The notes: a model not told the origin generated them from the sequence alone. A stretch of 62,806 bases of DNA, filler included, from Chiloscyllium plagiosum (GCF_004010195.1; 4 parts of one record of this genome joined end to end with filler, not necessarily neighbours in it), one strand, 5' to 3'; positions 14,095-27,368 are shown, counted from the first letter of the whole stretch. Numbers and translations: made by a program.

Positions 14095-14800
14095 ATTCTT
14101 TTTTAGAATATACGCATTGTCAACATGGGCAACATTTGTTGCCCATCTCATGTAAAGCCCTTGAGAAGGTGCTGGGGACCTATATTCTTGAACTGTTGCA
14201 CTCCTTGGAGATTAGAGATACATACAGTGCTATTTGGAAGGGAGATCCTGAATTTTGAATCGGCTACAGTGAAGGAACAGTGATATAGTTCCAAGTCAGG
14301 ATGGTGTGGTAATTGAGTGGTACTTGCAGCTGATGCTGTTCCCATGGATCTGCCCAAATCTTCTCAGTGGTAGTGGTTATGGGTTTGAAAGACACTGGCA
14401 TATTGCAGTTGCTGCTACTGTGCATCCATAGTGGAGGGAGTGGATGTTGAAGGAGATGGATGTGGTACCAGTCAAGCAGGCAGCTTTGTCCTGGATGATG
14501 TTGAGCATCTTGAGTATTGTTAGAGTTGCAAACAACCAAGAAAATTGAGGATGTTCCATTACACTCCTGACTTGTGCTTTGTAAATGGTGGGCAGGCTTT
14601 GGGGAGTCAGAAGGAGAATTACTCACTACAGAATTCCTAGACTCTGACCTGCTCTTTTGGTTGCTGTATTTAAGTGGCTAGTTCAGTTCACTTTTCATCC
14701 ATGGTAACGCCCCAGATTTGATAGCAATGGTAATGTCCTTGAACATCATGACAAATTGTTTGGTACATATATTGTGCTCATGCTGCTTGCTATTGATCAG
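14095..14800 (-). mobile_element. CR1/L2-group LINE 3' portion
   Basis: LNIIQDKAACLTG...IHSLHY motif; homologous to the plus-strand copy at 54962-55370 and fragments near 22.4-22.7 and 37.1-37.4 kb. Confidence 0.75.
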
Positions 14801-15514
14801 TCTCAGTCTGCATATTGTCCCGGTGTTTCTGCATATGGACAGTTTTATGTATACATATGCCATATATATAAACCAGTGGTATATGGATGTTGGCCATTTT
14901 TCCTGAAAAGTTTAAAAATCAAACTTTTTAAGACCCGTGATTTTAAAACAGTAAATGTATCCTGAAGCATTAGTAGAAATTTTTTTATAATCTGCAGGTA
15001 TTCAACAGAGGAAGAAAAAAGCTTTTAGCTGTGGTCAAATCTGGGATGAGCAACTTTTAGATTTAGTTCCTAAGCTTTTGGGCAGTTTCAAGGAGACCTG
15101 ACTGGGTCAGAAGCAAGTATAATCTCTCCTAGAAAAGGAGATTTTTCAGAACAGTTAAGGAAACAAATTACTCTAGTGAAAGAATGTAGGTTGTGAAACA
15201 TCCAGTCGAGGGAATGTTTGGTTGTTCAAAGGTTGAAGAAATCTAAGCTGTCAGTCATATGAATAGTCGAGGGAAAAGGCTCCAAGTCTCATAGGATGGA
15301 ACTGAAAAGAAGCTGACCGATTTTATAGGGAAGAAATTTCTCTGATCTTTTGAGTCACTACAATGATGATGCCTGGGAGTAAATGAAATTTGGTTTTGCC
15401 ACATTTTGAAATTTTTAAAACTGTTACATCTAGCCTGTTTTTTCTATATTATATATCTGCTTTATTATTAAAACCAAATCTGCAGACTGTGTGCTCGTGT
15501 TTCACTGAAATCTA

Positions 15515-16990
15515 AGAGGTAGGACCAGGAGTAGACCATTCAGTCCCTCTCGCCTGCCAAGTCATTCTATAAGATGTTGGTTGATCTGTCCCAGACCTCA
15601 ACTCCTTAATAGTTCACGTATCTACCTGTTGCCTCTTTAAATACTTCTAGTAATCTAGCCTCCACACACTCCAGAGTGAGAATCCTAGACACGTACTTTC
15701 CTGTAAGAGAAGAAATTCCTTTCATCTCCGTTTGAAATGAGTATCCCTTTATTTTGTAAGTACAGTATGTTTCCTAGTTTGAGGTACCCCCAATTGTGGA
15801 AACATCTTCTCAATATCGACCCTGTAAAGCTCCTTCAGAATCTTGTATGATTCACCCCTCATTCTTTACGACTCTGTATAAATGCATAACCTGTTTAGCT
15901 GCTCTTGATAAGTGAACCCCTTCATCTTTGGAATCATCTAGTGAATCTCTTTTGATCTGCCTCTAGTGCCAATAAATCCTTTTTTAAATACAGGGACCAA
16001 ACTAGACACAGTTCTCCAAGTGCAGCCTCACCAATACTCCATGTACTTGTAACAAGAATACCCTATTTTTAAACTCCAAATCCGGAGAAATCAACGCCAA
16101 AATTCCCTTTGCCTTCTTAATTACTTGCTGAACCTGCATGACCATGTTTTGTGCTTCCTGCACAAAAACACCCAGATTCCTCTGTGTTGCATTTTCCAGT
16201 GGTGTCTCTCTCTTTAAATAATGGTGGGCGGCACAGTGGCACAGTGGTTAACACTGCTGCCTCACAGCGCCGGAGACCCGTGTTCAATTCCCACCTCAGG
16301 CAACTGACTGTGTGGAGTTTACACGTTCTCACCGTGCCTGTGTGGATTTCCACCGGGTGCTCCGGCTTCCTCCCACAGTCCAAAGATGTGCAGGTCAGGT
16401 GAATTGGCTGTGCTAAATTGCCCATAGTGTTAGGTAAGGGGTAAATGTAGGGGTATGGGTGGGTTGCGCTTCGGCGGGTCGGTGTGGACTTGTTGGGCCG
16501 AAGGGCCTGTTTCCACACTGTAATCTAATCTAATCTAATACTCAACCTTTGATTCTTCCTACCAAAGTGCATGACTTCACACTTTCCTACATTAAACTCT
16601 ATTTGTGAGATTTTTGACCATTCACTCAACCTACCTATACACTTTACAGACTTCTTGTGTCCCGTTCACAACATGCCCTTCCACCTATTTCTGGATACTT
16701 TATACTGTTCCCTCCTCCAAATCCTGAATACAGACAGTTAATTGAAGATGTAGGTCTGCTTCTCATGGCACTCCATTCGTTATGTCTGTCCAACTTAAAA
16801 GAGACCCGTTAATCTCAACTCATTGTATCTGTATATTAAATAATCCTCAGTCCAGGAATTATGCCCAAGACACTGAACTCCTCTCTTGAGCAGTAATCTT
16901 TTATGTGGCAATTTATTGAACGCCTTTTGGAAATGAAAAACTATGCATTAAATTTTACAAAATGTGATCTCTCAGCCCAGATTTCCTTGT
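15515..16990 (-). mobile_element. Old CR1, interrupted by a SINE
   Basis: Degenerate CR1 3' UTR and RT sequence on both sides of the SINE at 16.2-16.5 kb. Confidence 0.75.
16226..16538 (+). mobile_element. HE1-type SINE, full length
   Basis: ggcacagtggtta...gttcaattccc; cccacagtccaaagatgtgcagg; (TAATC)n tail. Confidence 0.92.
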
Positions 16991-17224
16991 GGGATCAGAC
17001 CTGCCTATAGTAACATCAGCTGAGATCATAACAGCACTTCAGTATCTGTGGAGTCATGCATGTGTCTGTGGGTTATCTACTCAGCACTTATGGCTGAAAA
17101 TGAATGCAAGTGCTTCAGCCTTATCTTTTATCCTGATGTACTGGACTCCACCATTATTGAGGTTGGGAATTTTGTGAAATCTCCACCTCCTGCTGGTTGT
17201 TTAATTATTGATCACTGCTGACTT

Positions 17225-17346
17225 CACCTGACGAAGGAGCAGTGCTCTGAAAGCTTGTGATTTCAAATAAACCTGTTGGACTGTAATCTGGTGTCATGAG
17301 ACTTCTGACTCTGTTCACCCCAGTCCAACACAAGGATCTCCACACC
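17225..17346 (+). mobile_element. Family C pLTR single arm with hammerhead motif
   Basis: CAC-CTGACGA-AGGAGC-agt-GCTCT-GAAAGCTT-GTG, then aaacctgttggact...ccccagtccaacac, homologous to 42022-42145. Confidence 0.72.
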
Positions 17347-17935
17347 ATGGCATCATTGATGAGGGTTGATCTTCTGGCGTGGTGGTAATAGTAGCATGGA
17401 AGATATGCTGAGCCATGACATTCCAGATTTTGGTTGAAGAGAATTCTTTTATTCTGACTTCATTTCAAGTACATTTATCTGAAAATTCAGAGTGGCACAG
17501 ATGATTTTATGTTAAATGTTCAATTATTTCTAAGTATTGAGAACAGTCACAAGTTCCTTAAAAAGATTTCCAAAGGGAACTAGTTTGCTTTTCAGCTATG
17601 TTTTTCCTGTTTTGAATTTGCATAAGTTTCTTTGATGATGAGCTCTTGAGATATTATCATTTGAAATTGATGAAGATTCCTTTGATATCAAAGTCAGTCA
17701 GACTGATACTACTTAACTATAACTATTCATTCAGTTTCCTAATATTTGCTATGTAATAAATGCAGGATAACACATGAACACAGGAATTTAATGAATGAAT
17801 CTGACACTTTGTTGCATGAGCAACAAAGTTCGACAGTACAAAATAAAGTATCCTCTTCAGTGTTTAAAGTTCAGAATAATGTCAACACATTTCACAAATG
17901 CCACTCTGATGAAGATAAAACAAGTGTTATTGACA

Positions 17936-18283
17936 AGGCGATGGCCTAGTAGTATTATCACTGGACTGTTAATCTGTAGACCCAGATAATGTCCAAGGGA
18001 CCCAGGTTCAAATCCTGCCATGGCAAATGTTGGAATTTGAGTGGAATAAACATCTGGAATTAAAAAGTCTAATGATGACCACGAATCCATTGTCAATTGT
18101 CAGAAAAACCCATCTGATTCACTAATGTTCGTTAGGGAAGGAAACTGTCATCCTTACCTGGGCTGCAGTACATGTGACTGCAGACCCACAGCAATATGCT
18201 TGACTCTGGGCAATTGGGGATGGGCAATAAATACTGACTTAGTTAGAGACACCCATATCCCATGAATGAATTGTTTTAAAAAA
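17936..18283 (+). mobile_element. tRNA-derived SINE, second family
   Basis: tggcctagtag / ggttcaaatcc; tail resembles the LINE 3' end at 55.3 kb. Confidence 0.82.
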
Positions 18284-21200
18284 ATCACATATCATTGATC
18301 AATTGTCTATAAAGTATTTTTCTGCTGAGCAAGTTATGGTGTGACAATGTTGGCATTACACCTAGAACATCACCATGTTAACTAATCATCTCAGACAATT
18401 AATGCAACAGTGAGCAAAAATGTTACTGTCCCTATTTTAGGTAAACAGCTATACTTTAGAAATACTGAGTGAACAATGGTGAACAAGGAATTCTGGGTTT
18501 AGATTCTAATTTAGAATTGGAGTTTGAAATGAGAGAGAGTCATTTTCATTCCTACTTTACAAAGGAAGTTATTAAGGTACTTATTGAACATTAAAAAGAG
18601 TGTTTTTGTTGTTTGACCTCTGGGGGGGTGGGGTAAGTACAATTTTAGAGGTAAATCTAAATTATGTAAATTAAGTATGATGTGTAAAATCAAAAATGCA
18701 TCTTAATTTGATGACACGATTTTTAAATGTCAAAGAATTGCTCATCTTGAAAGCAATGAATCTGACTACCTCAGTGGGAAGTGATGCAAACAGGTGGGCA
18801 AACACATTCTTTCCTTGTTAGAAAAATGCCAAAGGAAAATATAATAATTTATTTTCTTTAAACATCAAATTTCATACACAGTGTAGATGGGGGGACTGCA
18901 TAAATACATTTCTAAAACCTTACCTGGTATTGGATTTGGAAAAATAGTTTAAGAAAGTGATATAGATAGACTAATGTTATATCAATTATTCCTTTAATTG
19001 TTCAGTCACTGTCATTTTCACAACCCCTACGGTATTCTCGGAGCAACATAATTTTATACATGACTAAGTGTAGAAACTTGGTGATATAAAACTTTTTTCT
19101 TTTGGTTGCTTGATTGTAAGACTAGCATGCTGGAGCGCGTATGGCAGTGAAGGGCAAGCTACAGTTTGTGCCCATAGTGTAACTAAATCACAATTCACTG
19201 TTGTTGTGGAAAAGTGTTGAACAGAAGCAAGCAACTATGGGTAGTGCAAACATTGCCAATACTACTACCACTACTGGAGCTATGTGGTATTTCCAGCATC
19301 TGGGTTCAGTGTAAAGTGACTATGTTTTGTCCCTGTCTTATTTTTAAAGACCTTAACTTGGGTATGTGATTCTCTGCATTACTAAACAAGTCCTATTTCT
19401 GTATAAAGCAATATATTGGAAAATTTACTGAACCTTTATTCCAGCTTATTCTATCCTCACAAACCCCTTTTTTGAAAGCATTGCTAATCAGTCTGAGAGT
19501 GCCTGGTGCCCTGTGACAACTTGCTGAAGACCATGACAACCTTGGCACTGAGGTTACCTAACACCTGCACACTGATTCTGTTAGGCTGAACTTGGAGAGG
19601 TTACTGATTATAACAAGGAATACAAACCTCTGTTTTTATTCCAAGGGTTGTCAGTGTCAATTGTAGACTTGTTGTCACCTTGTCGGAATTTAGATAATTA
19701 TCACTGACTAGATAAACAATTATATTGACAAAATTCTGAAAAGATGGGGCATGTGGATTCTTTTTAACTATACCAATTCCAACAGCTTATAAAGCACTTT
19801 CAACTCCATAAAACATTCCAAGACTTCACAAGAGAATAAAGAAATAAAATACCAAATCACAGAAGGAAGTGTTATGTAAGATGACCAAAGGTTTGGTCAA
19901 AAAGTAACTTTTATGGAGGAAGATGAGGTGTCGAGGTTTAGGGAGGGATATTTGCCCAAAAGTTGAACTCCAGATCGCATTTCATGCAGTCACTAAGGCT
20001 ATCTATTTCTACTTGCATATCATCATTTGACACCTGTGACAACTCTTTGTTGACTATTTTGATCACGTCTTGGCTACCTCTGGACTTGTCTATTCCAATA
20101 AATGTCTGACTGGTCTCCCCCAATCTTTGTCAACGTGATGCCACCTCTTGTGCTCCCAAGGACCATCTCTTTTACATGCTATCTTGGGTAACGTTATCCA
20201 AAAGCACACAAGTAGTTATCAGTGTGCTGGTTATGCTCTGATCTGCCTCACTACTCTTGCCTCATTCTCTGTTGCTAAATTATCAGACTGCTAATGCAGC
20301 ATTCAGTATTGGATAAGCAGAAACATCCTCCTATTAACTACTGTTAAGATGTAACCCATTATTTTGGCGACTGTTCCATACTGTTTCCTAGTTACTGATT
20401 TCATCCTTTTCTCTGGCAATAGTGTGAGGTTAAAACCAACTGGGAGAGAGATCATGTTAAATTGAGATGGAGCTGGAAATTACTGTGGATGATAGCCAAG
20501 AAAATTCTAAAAACTCAACTATATTTGTAGTTGCAAATTTCATGTAGGTACACTTTGGAAAATCTTCATGCTTCATGCTTTACATTTAAAACACAGTTAA
20601 TTTACAAGCTCAAAATTAAATAGAAGAAACAAGTTAAACCATTACACTTACAACAAATTTTAGTTCAAAGCTTGAGGATGAAAGATTAAAACTGAAATTA
20701 AACAAAAGGTTCTTGTGTAAATTAGCATTAATAATAAGTAGTTCTTCTCAATAAATTTAGTATCTAATAATTAATCGAATCACCTACGTTTTAAAGAACC
20801 AAAACATAATTCTAATTCCTTTCTGAATTTGCAAATAGACTGTAAAATGTGGGTAATCCGAATATAGAATTGCAAAGAAATTAAAGTGTAACCCAAGGCT
20901 TATTGAAAATGTCTAAAAGTGCTTTTAAGCATGAAATACACTTAATGAAGAGGCCTAAAAATTCAGAACACAGCGTGGCTCATTGTAACTCCTTTCATGA
21001 GAAGCCCTTCATGAAGATTTTTTATCTTTTTTTAAAAATGGGGGAAATTTGTTTTTAAGAAAAGCTCTAAGATGATAAATTACACCTTTGTTATGAGACA
21101 GCATAACACTTTTTTGTAGGAAGCCTTCAACCCTGCTGTAAGGTATGAAATGTGGTAGTCAGGTTTGCATTTTAAAAGTGATGCATTTGTTGATCCTCTT

Positions 21201-22062
21201 TGTGCTCTTAATTCCTTTTATATCCCCCTATCTCCATGCGTAAGAACTTTAGCCTAAGTTGTAACATGCATTTTGTTAGCTGGTTACACACACAGATTTC
21301 ACATATTGTGATCAATGAGTCATTCCTAGCTGCTGAAAGCGCATCATAGTGATGTGTCATTGAATATATATGTTATTAATGGACTGCTTGCCTTAGCACA
21401 GACAAACGTTTTCCATAGGCAAAAAAAGTACTGTCAGTGCCCAAAATGTGAAATATAAGGAGAAGATACTGGGTCACTACCTAAAACATTAACCCTGTTT
21501 CTTTCTTCACAGATTCTGCCAGACTTGGAGTATTTTCAGCATTTTCTGTTCTAAGAAAACTTTGCATAGCTAGTTACTTGTAGTGTTATAACCTATTACA
21601 TTAATCCTCTGAACACTGAGTATGGTTGCAGCCCTTTAATGACTTGCCAATTTCATCCATTGATAAGGAATAGAGCAAATGTACCCTAAGTACCCTGGTT
21701 TAGCAGAAAGTCAACATGTACAGATATCAGGCAAGGTTATGTTCAGGTGCAATGCTGTGTGACGACTGCCAGCACTTGGGAGTGTTTTATCGGATAGTTA
21801 ACAGTTCATACAAGATGGGGCAGCAGATTGATAGAATAATACTGTGACAAAGAATCCACACTGTGGGAAGAGGAGGGAAAACATTTGAGAATGATCTACT
21901 TCTTATATCCTGATTAAAAATTGAACATGCCAGACAGAATTATCTTTTACACTGCTTGAGTCTTTGAAATGGATCAACCTGCTGCGCAATGAACTGTACT
22001 TTTGTACAAAAAGGGTCAGTATTGTTGTCACAAAATGTAATTTCTGGTGTTTGATCTAACAG

Positions 22063-22194
22063 CATCTGAGCCAAACTTAAAGGTACGCTCCAGATTAAAA
22101 CAGAAAGTGGCAGAGAGAAGAAGTAGCCCTTTACTTCGAAGAAAAGATGGCAGCGCCATAACCACACTTAAAAAGAGACCCATGGATGTTCCAG
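22063..22194 (+). CDS. Internal coding exon of a class IIa histone deacetylase (HDAC4-like; 14-3-3 site and NLS region)
   Basis: ctaacag|CATCTGAG...GTTCCAG|gtagga; 132 nt, phase 1/1; translates [44 protein letters not shown], the hallmark HDAC4/5/9 motif. C-terminal end is most like HDAC4 (KKRPLDVT); paralog unresolved. Confidence 0.93.
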
Positions 22195-22703
22195 GTAGGA
22201 CAATAGTGGCTGTAAGTGAATGGCATTCTTTAATGTCCTCTTGCTTACACAGAGATGCCAATTCCTGATAGATATTTTTTGCTGTGCTGATGTGAGCCAT
22301 TGTAACTGTTTCTGAGAGAGGTTCAAACCTGCTGTACCATTCAGACAGATCATGACAGATCTGATTATTCCACATTCACATTTATCCGGGATAACCTTCA
22401 CCTGTCAAGAATCAATCTACTTTTGCCTTTAAAATATTCAAAGCTCCTTTTGCAATACCACTGCAGTCCATTTGCTATTGGTAGGCCTGCAATACCATTA
22501 CAGAGGGAATTCCAGAATTTTGACCTAGCGACACTGAAGGAACATTGATGTATTTCTAAGTCAGGATAATGAGTGGCTTGGAGGGAAATTAGCAGGTGGT
22601 GGTATTCCCATGTATTTACTGCTTTTGTCCTTCTAGATGGTAGTGGTTGTAAATTTGAAAGGTGCTGACTGAGAATCTTTAAACTAGCAGGCAAGATATA
22701 ATG

Positions 22704-23264
22704 CTGTGGTTCTGTTCGCCGAGCTGGAAGTTTTTGTTGCGAACGTTTCGTCCCCTGTCTCGGTGACATCCTCAGTGCTTGGGAGCCTCCTGTGAAGCGC
22801 TTCTGTGGTGTTTCCTCCAGCATTTATAGTGGCCTGTCCCTGCCGCTTCCGGTTGTCAGTTTCAGGTGTCCGCTGTTGTGGCCGGTATATTGGATCCAGG
22901 TCGATGTGTTTGTTGATGGAGTTTGTGGATGAGTGCCATGCTTCTAGGAATTCCCTGGCTGTTCTTTGTTTGGCTTGCCCTATAATGGTCGTGTTGTCCC
23001 AGTCAAACTCCATCAACAAACACATCGACCTGGACCCAAAATACCGGCCACTACAGCGGACAGCTGAAACTGACAACCGGAAGCGGCAGGGACAGGCCAC
23101 TATAAATGCCAGAGGAAACACCACAGAAGCGCTTCACAGGAGGCTCCCAAGCACTGAGGATGTCACCTAGACAGGGGACGAAACGTTTGCAACAAAAACT
23201 TCCAGCTCGGCGAACAGAACCACAGCAACGAGCACCCGAGCTACAAATCTTCTCACAAACTTTG
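22704..23264 (+). mobile_element. Fold-back Penelope-like element (GIY-YIG C-terminus + pLTR), family A
   Basis: Inverted arms 22702-22925 / 23004-23227; exact 14-bp TSD GGCAAGATATAATG (22690-22703, 23265-23278); minus strand encodes FDWDNTTIIGQAKQRTAREFLEAWHSSTNSINKHIDLDPIY, typical of the Penelope endonuclease tail. Confidence 0.9.
23151..23190 (+). ncRNA. Minimal type I hammerhead ribozyme motif
   Basis: GCA-CTGAGGA-T-GTCACC-tagaca-GGGGAC-GAAAC-GTT-TGC: CUGANGA and GAAA cores, stem I GCA/TGC, stem II with one mismatch, palindromic ACGT stem III. Mirror copy on the minus strand at 22739-22778. Confidence 0.7.
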
Positions 23265-23736
23265 GGCAAGATATAATGTTGTATTCTAAACCTAATCCAT
23301 GAAAATATCATTCTATTAAAATAGACTAAGCTTGTTGTCTCTTTCTTTCCATATTATTTCATGATAATTGTTGACTCCTTGCCTAGAGTATGCTTTTTTA
23401 TATAAATTTAGAAAGTGAAAGTCACCAGTCTGTTCCCCCACATCTGTGGCCTTACTCAATTTTCACATGTTGATCAGGATAGTAATTATACTGTCCACTG
23501 AGAAAGTACAAAAGGTGATGTTAAAAATCTTGTATTTTAACAAAAAAGTAAATTATTTAACTGAAATCATTATTTCATTTATTTCAATATGTTTGTAGTG
23601 GAAATTCAGTTTTACCTTTCTTCATTCAACATAAATTTTTAAATCAAAATGTAACCCTATCTGACATCACTGTACAATGTTTTAATTAAATTTAGATTAA
23701 TTGACGTTTCACTGACATTGCCTTCATTAAACTACT

Positions 23737-24083
23737 CATAGAATCCCTACAGAGTAGAAACAGGCCATTTTGCCCAACAAGTCCACACCGACCCTCTGAA
23801 GAGTATCATACCCAAACCAATTCCCCAACCCTATCACTCTACATTTCCCCTGACTAATGTATCTAACCTACACATCCCTGAACACTGTGGGCAATTTATT
23901 GGCTAATTCACCTAACCTGCACATCTTTGGACTATGGGAGGAAAGCGGAGCACCCAGAGGAAACCCGCGCAGAAACGGGGAAAATGTGCAAACTCCACAC
24001 AGACAGTCAACCGAAGCTGGAATCAAACCTGGGTCCCTGGTGCTGTGAGGCAGCAGTGCTAACCACTGAGCCACCATGGCGTC
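23737..24083 (-). mobile_element. HE1-type SINE
   Basis: Same head, core and tail. Confidence 0.9.
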
Positions 24084-24551
24084 CCCAGTGCAATTTTGAG
24101 TTTCCCTAGAGTGTCACTATGATATCAAAAATCTGAGTCAGAACTTGAAAGAAATGTCCTGGTAATGAATCACTTCTTTGTTGATTCATTCAGGTACGCT
24201 TCTGCTAGTTAAGACTATCGTCTGAGGCCAAAATTGTCGTAGACTCAGTGACGTGTTATAAAGTTGAAATAAATGGCAATGGGCACTGGTTTCCTGATGG
24301 TGCCTGTGCTTACTGTTCAAATACATTCCATATTCTAACTTAACAGTTTTTGTTTCTTTCAATTTGTAATAAAATAATTGTTTTCATTAGTTATCCATTC
24401 TCAATGGAACCAAAGTATTCACTGAGTCTTTGATGTCACCCTAGACCACGGTGAAAGAGGAAAAATTAAACCATTTTAAAAGTTTGAAATTGATGAAGAG
24501 GTTTGAATGGATAAGCCATTTTTTACTTGCAGTTGACAAGCATTTTAGGAT

Positions 24552-24758
24552 TGGAGTGATGCTGGAAAAGCACAGCAGGAGAGAAAGCATCCAAAGAGCA
24601 GGAAAATCGATGTTTCGGACAGGAGCCCTTCATCAGGAAGGGCTTTTTCCCGAAACATCGATTTTCCTGCTCCTCAGATGATGCCTGACCTGCTGTGCCT
24701 TTCCAGCACCATTCTAATCTTGACTCTGATCTCGAGCATCTGCAGTCCTCACTTTCGC
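24552..24758 (+). mobile_element. Fold-back miniature Penelope-like pLTR with hammerhead motif, family B
   Basis: Inverted arms meeting at about 24632-24636; TSD CAAGCATTTTAGGAT / CAAGCATCTAAGGAT (13/15; 24537-24551, 24759-24773); minus strand reads CTGATGA-AGGGCTCCTGTCC-GAAACATC. Confidence 0.75.
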
Positions 24759-24774
24759 CAAGCATCTAAGGATG

Positions 24775-25705
24775 CTGAGGGAAGGGAGAGTGAACATTGT
24801 GGAGGTATTGGCAATTATTTTTGGGGTGCTATCAGGGAATGAGAATTGCAGACATTACCTTTATTCCAAAAAGAGTATAAAGAATAATCTAAGCAACTAC
24901 AAATCAGTCAGTTAGACTTCAATGGTGAGGAAACATCTGTAAATAATAATTCTGGACCATTCGGAGAAGTGTGGCGTATTACATTTTAGCAGGAAGAACG
25001 GAAAAACAGTAGAAAATAAAGGTGCAATACTAAAATAGGTGAAGGAACTGAAGAAGCATAAATCATTAAAAAAGTGGCAGGAAAGGCTGAGGGAGCATTT
25101 AGTAAAGTGTACAGATTTTAGACTTTATTAATTGGGGCACAAAGTATGATAGCAAAGAGGTTATGTTGAACTTGTATATGATGCTAGTTTAGCCTAAGCT
25201 GGATTATTGTAAGACGTTCAGATGCCACATTTTTGGAAGGGTCTGAAAGCATAGGAGAAAGTGTGAAATAGGATTATGAAAATTATTTTGGGGATGAGGA
25301 ATTTCAGTTGTGAATATTGGTTGTTAGAGAGTTGGAATTGTTTTCCTTGTGGAACTGAAGATTGAGAAGAGATCTGACAGAGGTATTCAAAGTCATAATA
25401 AATCTAGACAGAATAAATGGGGAGAAATTGTTCTCACTCATGAAAGGATGAGTACAAGAGAACACAGGTTTAAAATAATTAAAGAACCAAACGTGATGTG
25501 TGAAAATTTATCCTCATGAGTGGTTAGGCTCTGGAATGCATTGTCAAAGAGTGTTGTAGAGAAAAGTTCAAGGTATTCAAAATGGATATGATGATTATTT
25601 GAAACAAAACAATGTTCAGGGTTAGGCAGAGAAGACAGGAGAATGGTGCTCAGATGCTCCTTTGCAGAACTGGCACAGACATGGTGGTCCAGCTCTGTGA
25701 TCCTT
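24775..25705 (+). mobile_element. Old, internally deleted CR1
   Basis: Degenerate NYKSVS-like and downstream RT and 3' segments. Confidence 0.65.
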
Positions 25706-27368
25706 AGGTGATCTTTGTCAATGCTGGGTGTGTTTCATACAGTGAACCTTGCCATATTATTTAGGTTCCCAAAAATGTCCACATCTAATGCATATAAGCT
25801 TCCTGACAATTCAAAAATGAAATGTTGCTCATGCAGTTCGAGGTAGGTTCTTAGCAGAGGAAGTTTTCCTATCTGTGGCATCTGTTAAAATAACCCATCA
25901 TTAGCAGTATCATTAGACTCAAAATGTGAACTGTTTTCTCTCTACAGATGCTGCCAGACCTGCTGAGTTTCTCCAGCAATTTTTTTTTTTCAGATTTCCA
26001 GCATTCACAGTTCTTTGTTTTATTTTAATGTCATATAATCAACTGTAACCTGAGCCTCTGACTACATATCCATTGTACCACTAATAATAACTAACCCTAT
26101 TTGTTTGATAGTTACATTTATAAAACTATTGCTTATAAATTTATATGTCAATAAAAAGGTGTAAAGGCATTCAGTTATCAGCAATTTTATCAGTAAGGTG
26201 ATTTTATTTCACTCATTTTCTGCAAAAGTACAGAAGGAGGCGTAGTGCCATCTAGGTTTCAAGAAATGGAAGTACATTTAAGTGCAAAAAATAAGTACTT
26301 GGACCACCTCATGTGAGTTTCATACTTCTTAAAGATAAGAGCAGAGCTGTGTTCATGCTCAAGAAAGAACCTGTAAATCTGTCTAGCTCTTTTTGTTGAT
26401 ATTGACTGAAGGTTATTTGAAATCTCTTCCTTGGAATAATGCACTCTAGGTGAGAATGGATGCACTTGCTCTATATACTCCTTAATAACTGTTCCAAATA
26501 ACCACCAAGTTAACTTCGAGAGCATAAATGGAACATTAAGTGCTGATGTGAGGACAGTCGGCTGCCTACAAAGTACCATAAGGTGTGAACAATTTGACCC
26601 TACTAATTGGCATCAAATAATTTTGAATTGCTACCACTTTAGACAATACTATTTTGCTATCTGTATGAATTCAAAGAGTACTTCATAAATGTGATTCATA
26701 TTGACAAGTGATTTCTAGGACACCCTCTGTACATTTGATTTATACAAGAAGGATATTGAGATCGTAATCGGATTTCACATAGTCTTCTGTACAGTTCAGA
26801 GGACCATGCATATGACTATATATTTCATGTGTGCAACACCATTTTGACCATTCTAATATATGATTGCAAAGAAGCTAACTTGCATCTTGTAAAGTAAGGA
26901 ACATTTCCAGCTAGGAGAGTACACCTTGCCAGAAGAGTTATTGAAATAACTTTTCAGAGGCTGACATCCCATCACAAATCACCCTTTATTCACAAATACG
27001 TAGCCTTTGATAATAGCATTGCCTCAGAATCAGGCATTCAGGGGTTCAGTAACCCTGACATTCACACTTTTGTCAGCCAGGTCTCCCTGATTGGAGCTAT
27101 TATTCTGGTCTAATCAGGGACCTGATATTTTGAGCTGGTTAACCTTGCTACAATACTACAACCCTCCGCCTCTGAGTCCACGGACACAGGACAGTCCAAT
27201 TCCTTTGAGGGCCTCCTGGGACGTTTTAACACTGGGTCAGATTCCTTCAACTCACCATCAGACAGGGGAGGTGTGTAATGACCGGGTGTTCGCCTCTTGC
27301 GTTAGGAGCACCTTGGTAGACTTTCATTCCTTTCTTCCAGAGGCAGAGGTGGCAAGGTAGTTACATAA

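Noticed and set aside
16226..16300. tRNA genes suggested by A/B boxes
   Set aside because: These are SINE heads followed by SINE core and LINE-like tail.
22684..23170. Two opposite-strand ORFs with nearly identical N-termini (MVFP.AFIVACPCRFRLSVS)
   Set aside because: Artefact of the palindrome; only the Penelope endonuclease tail within them is real protein homology.
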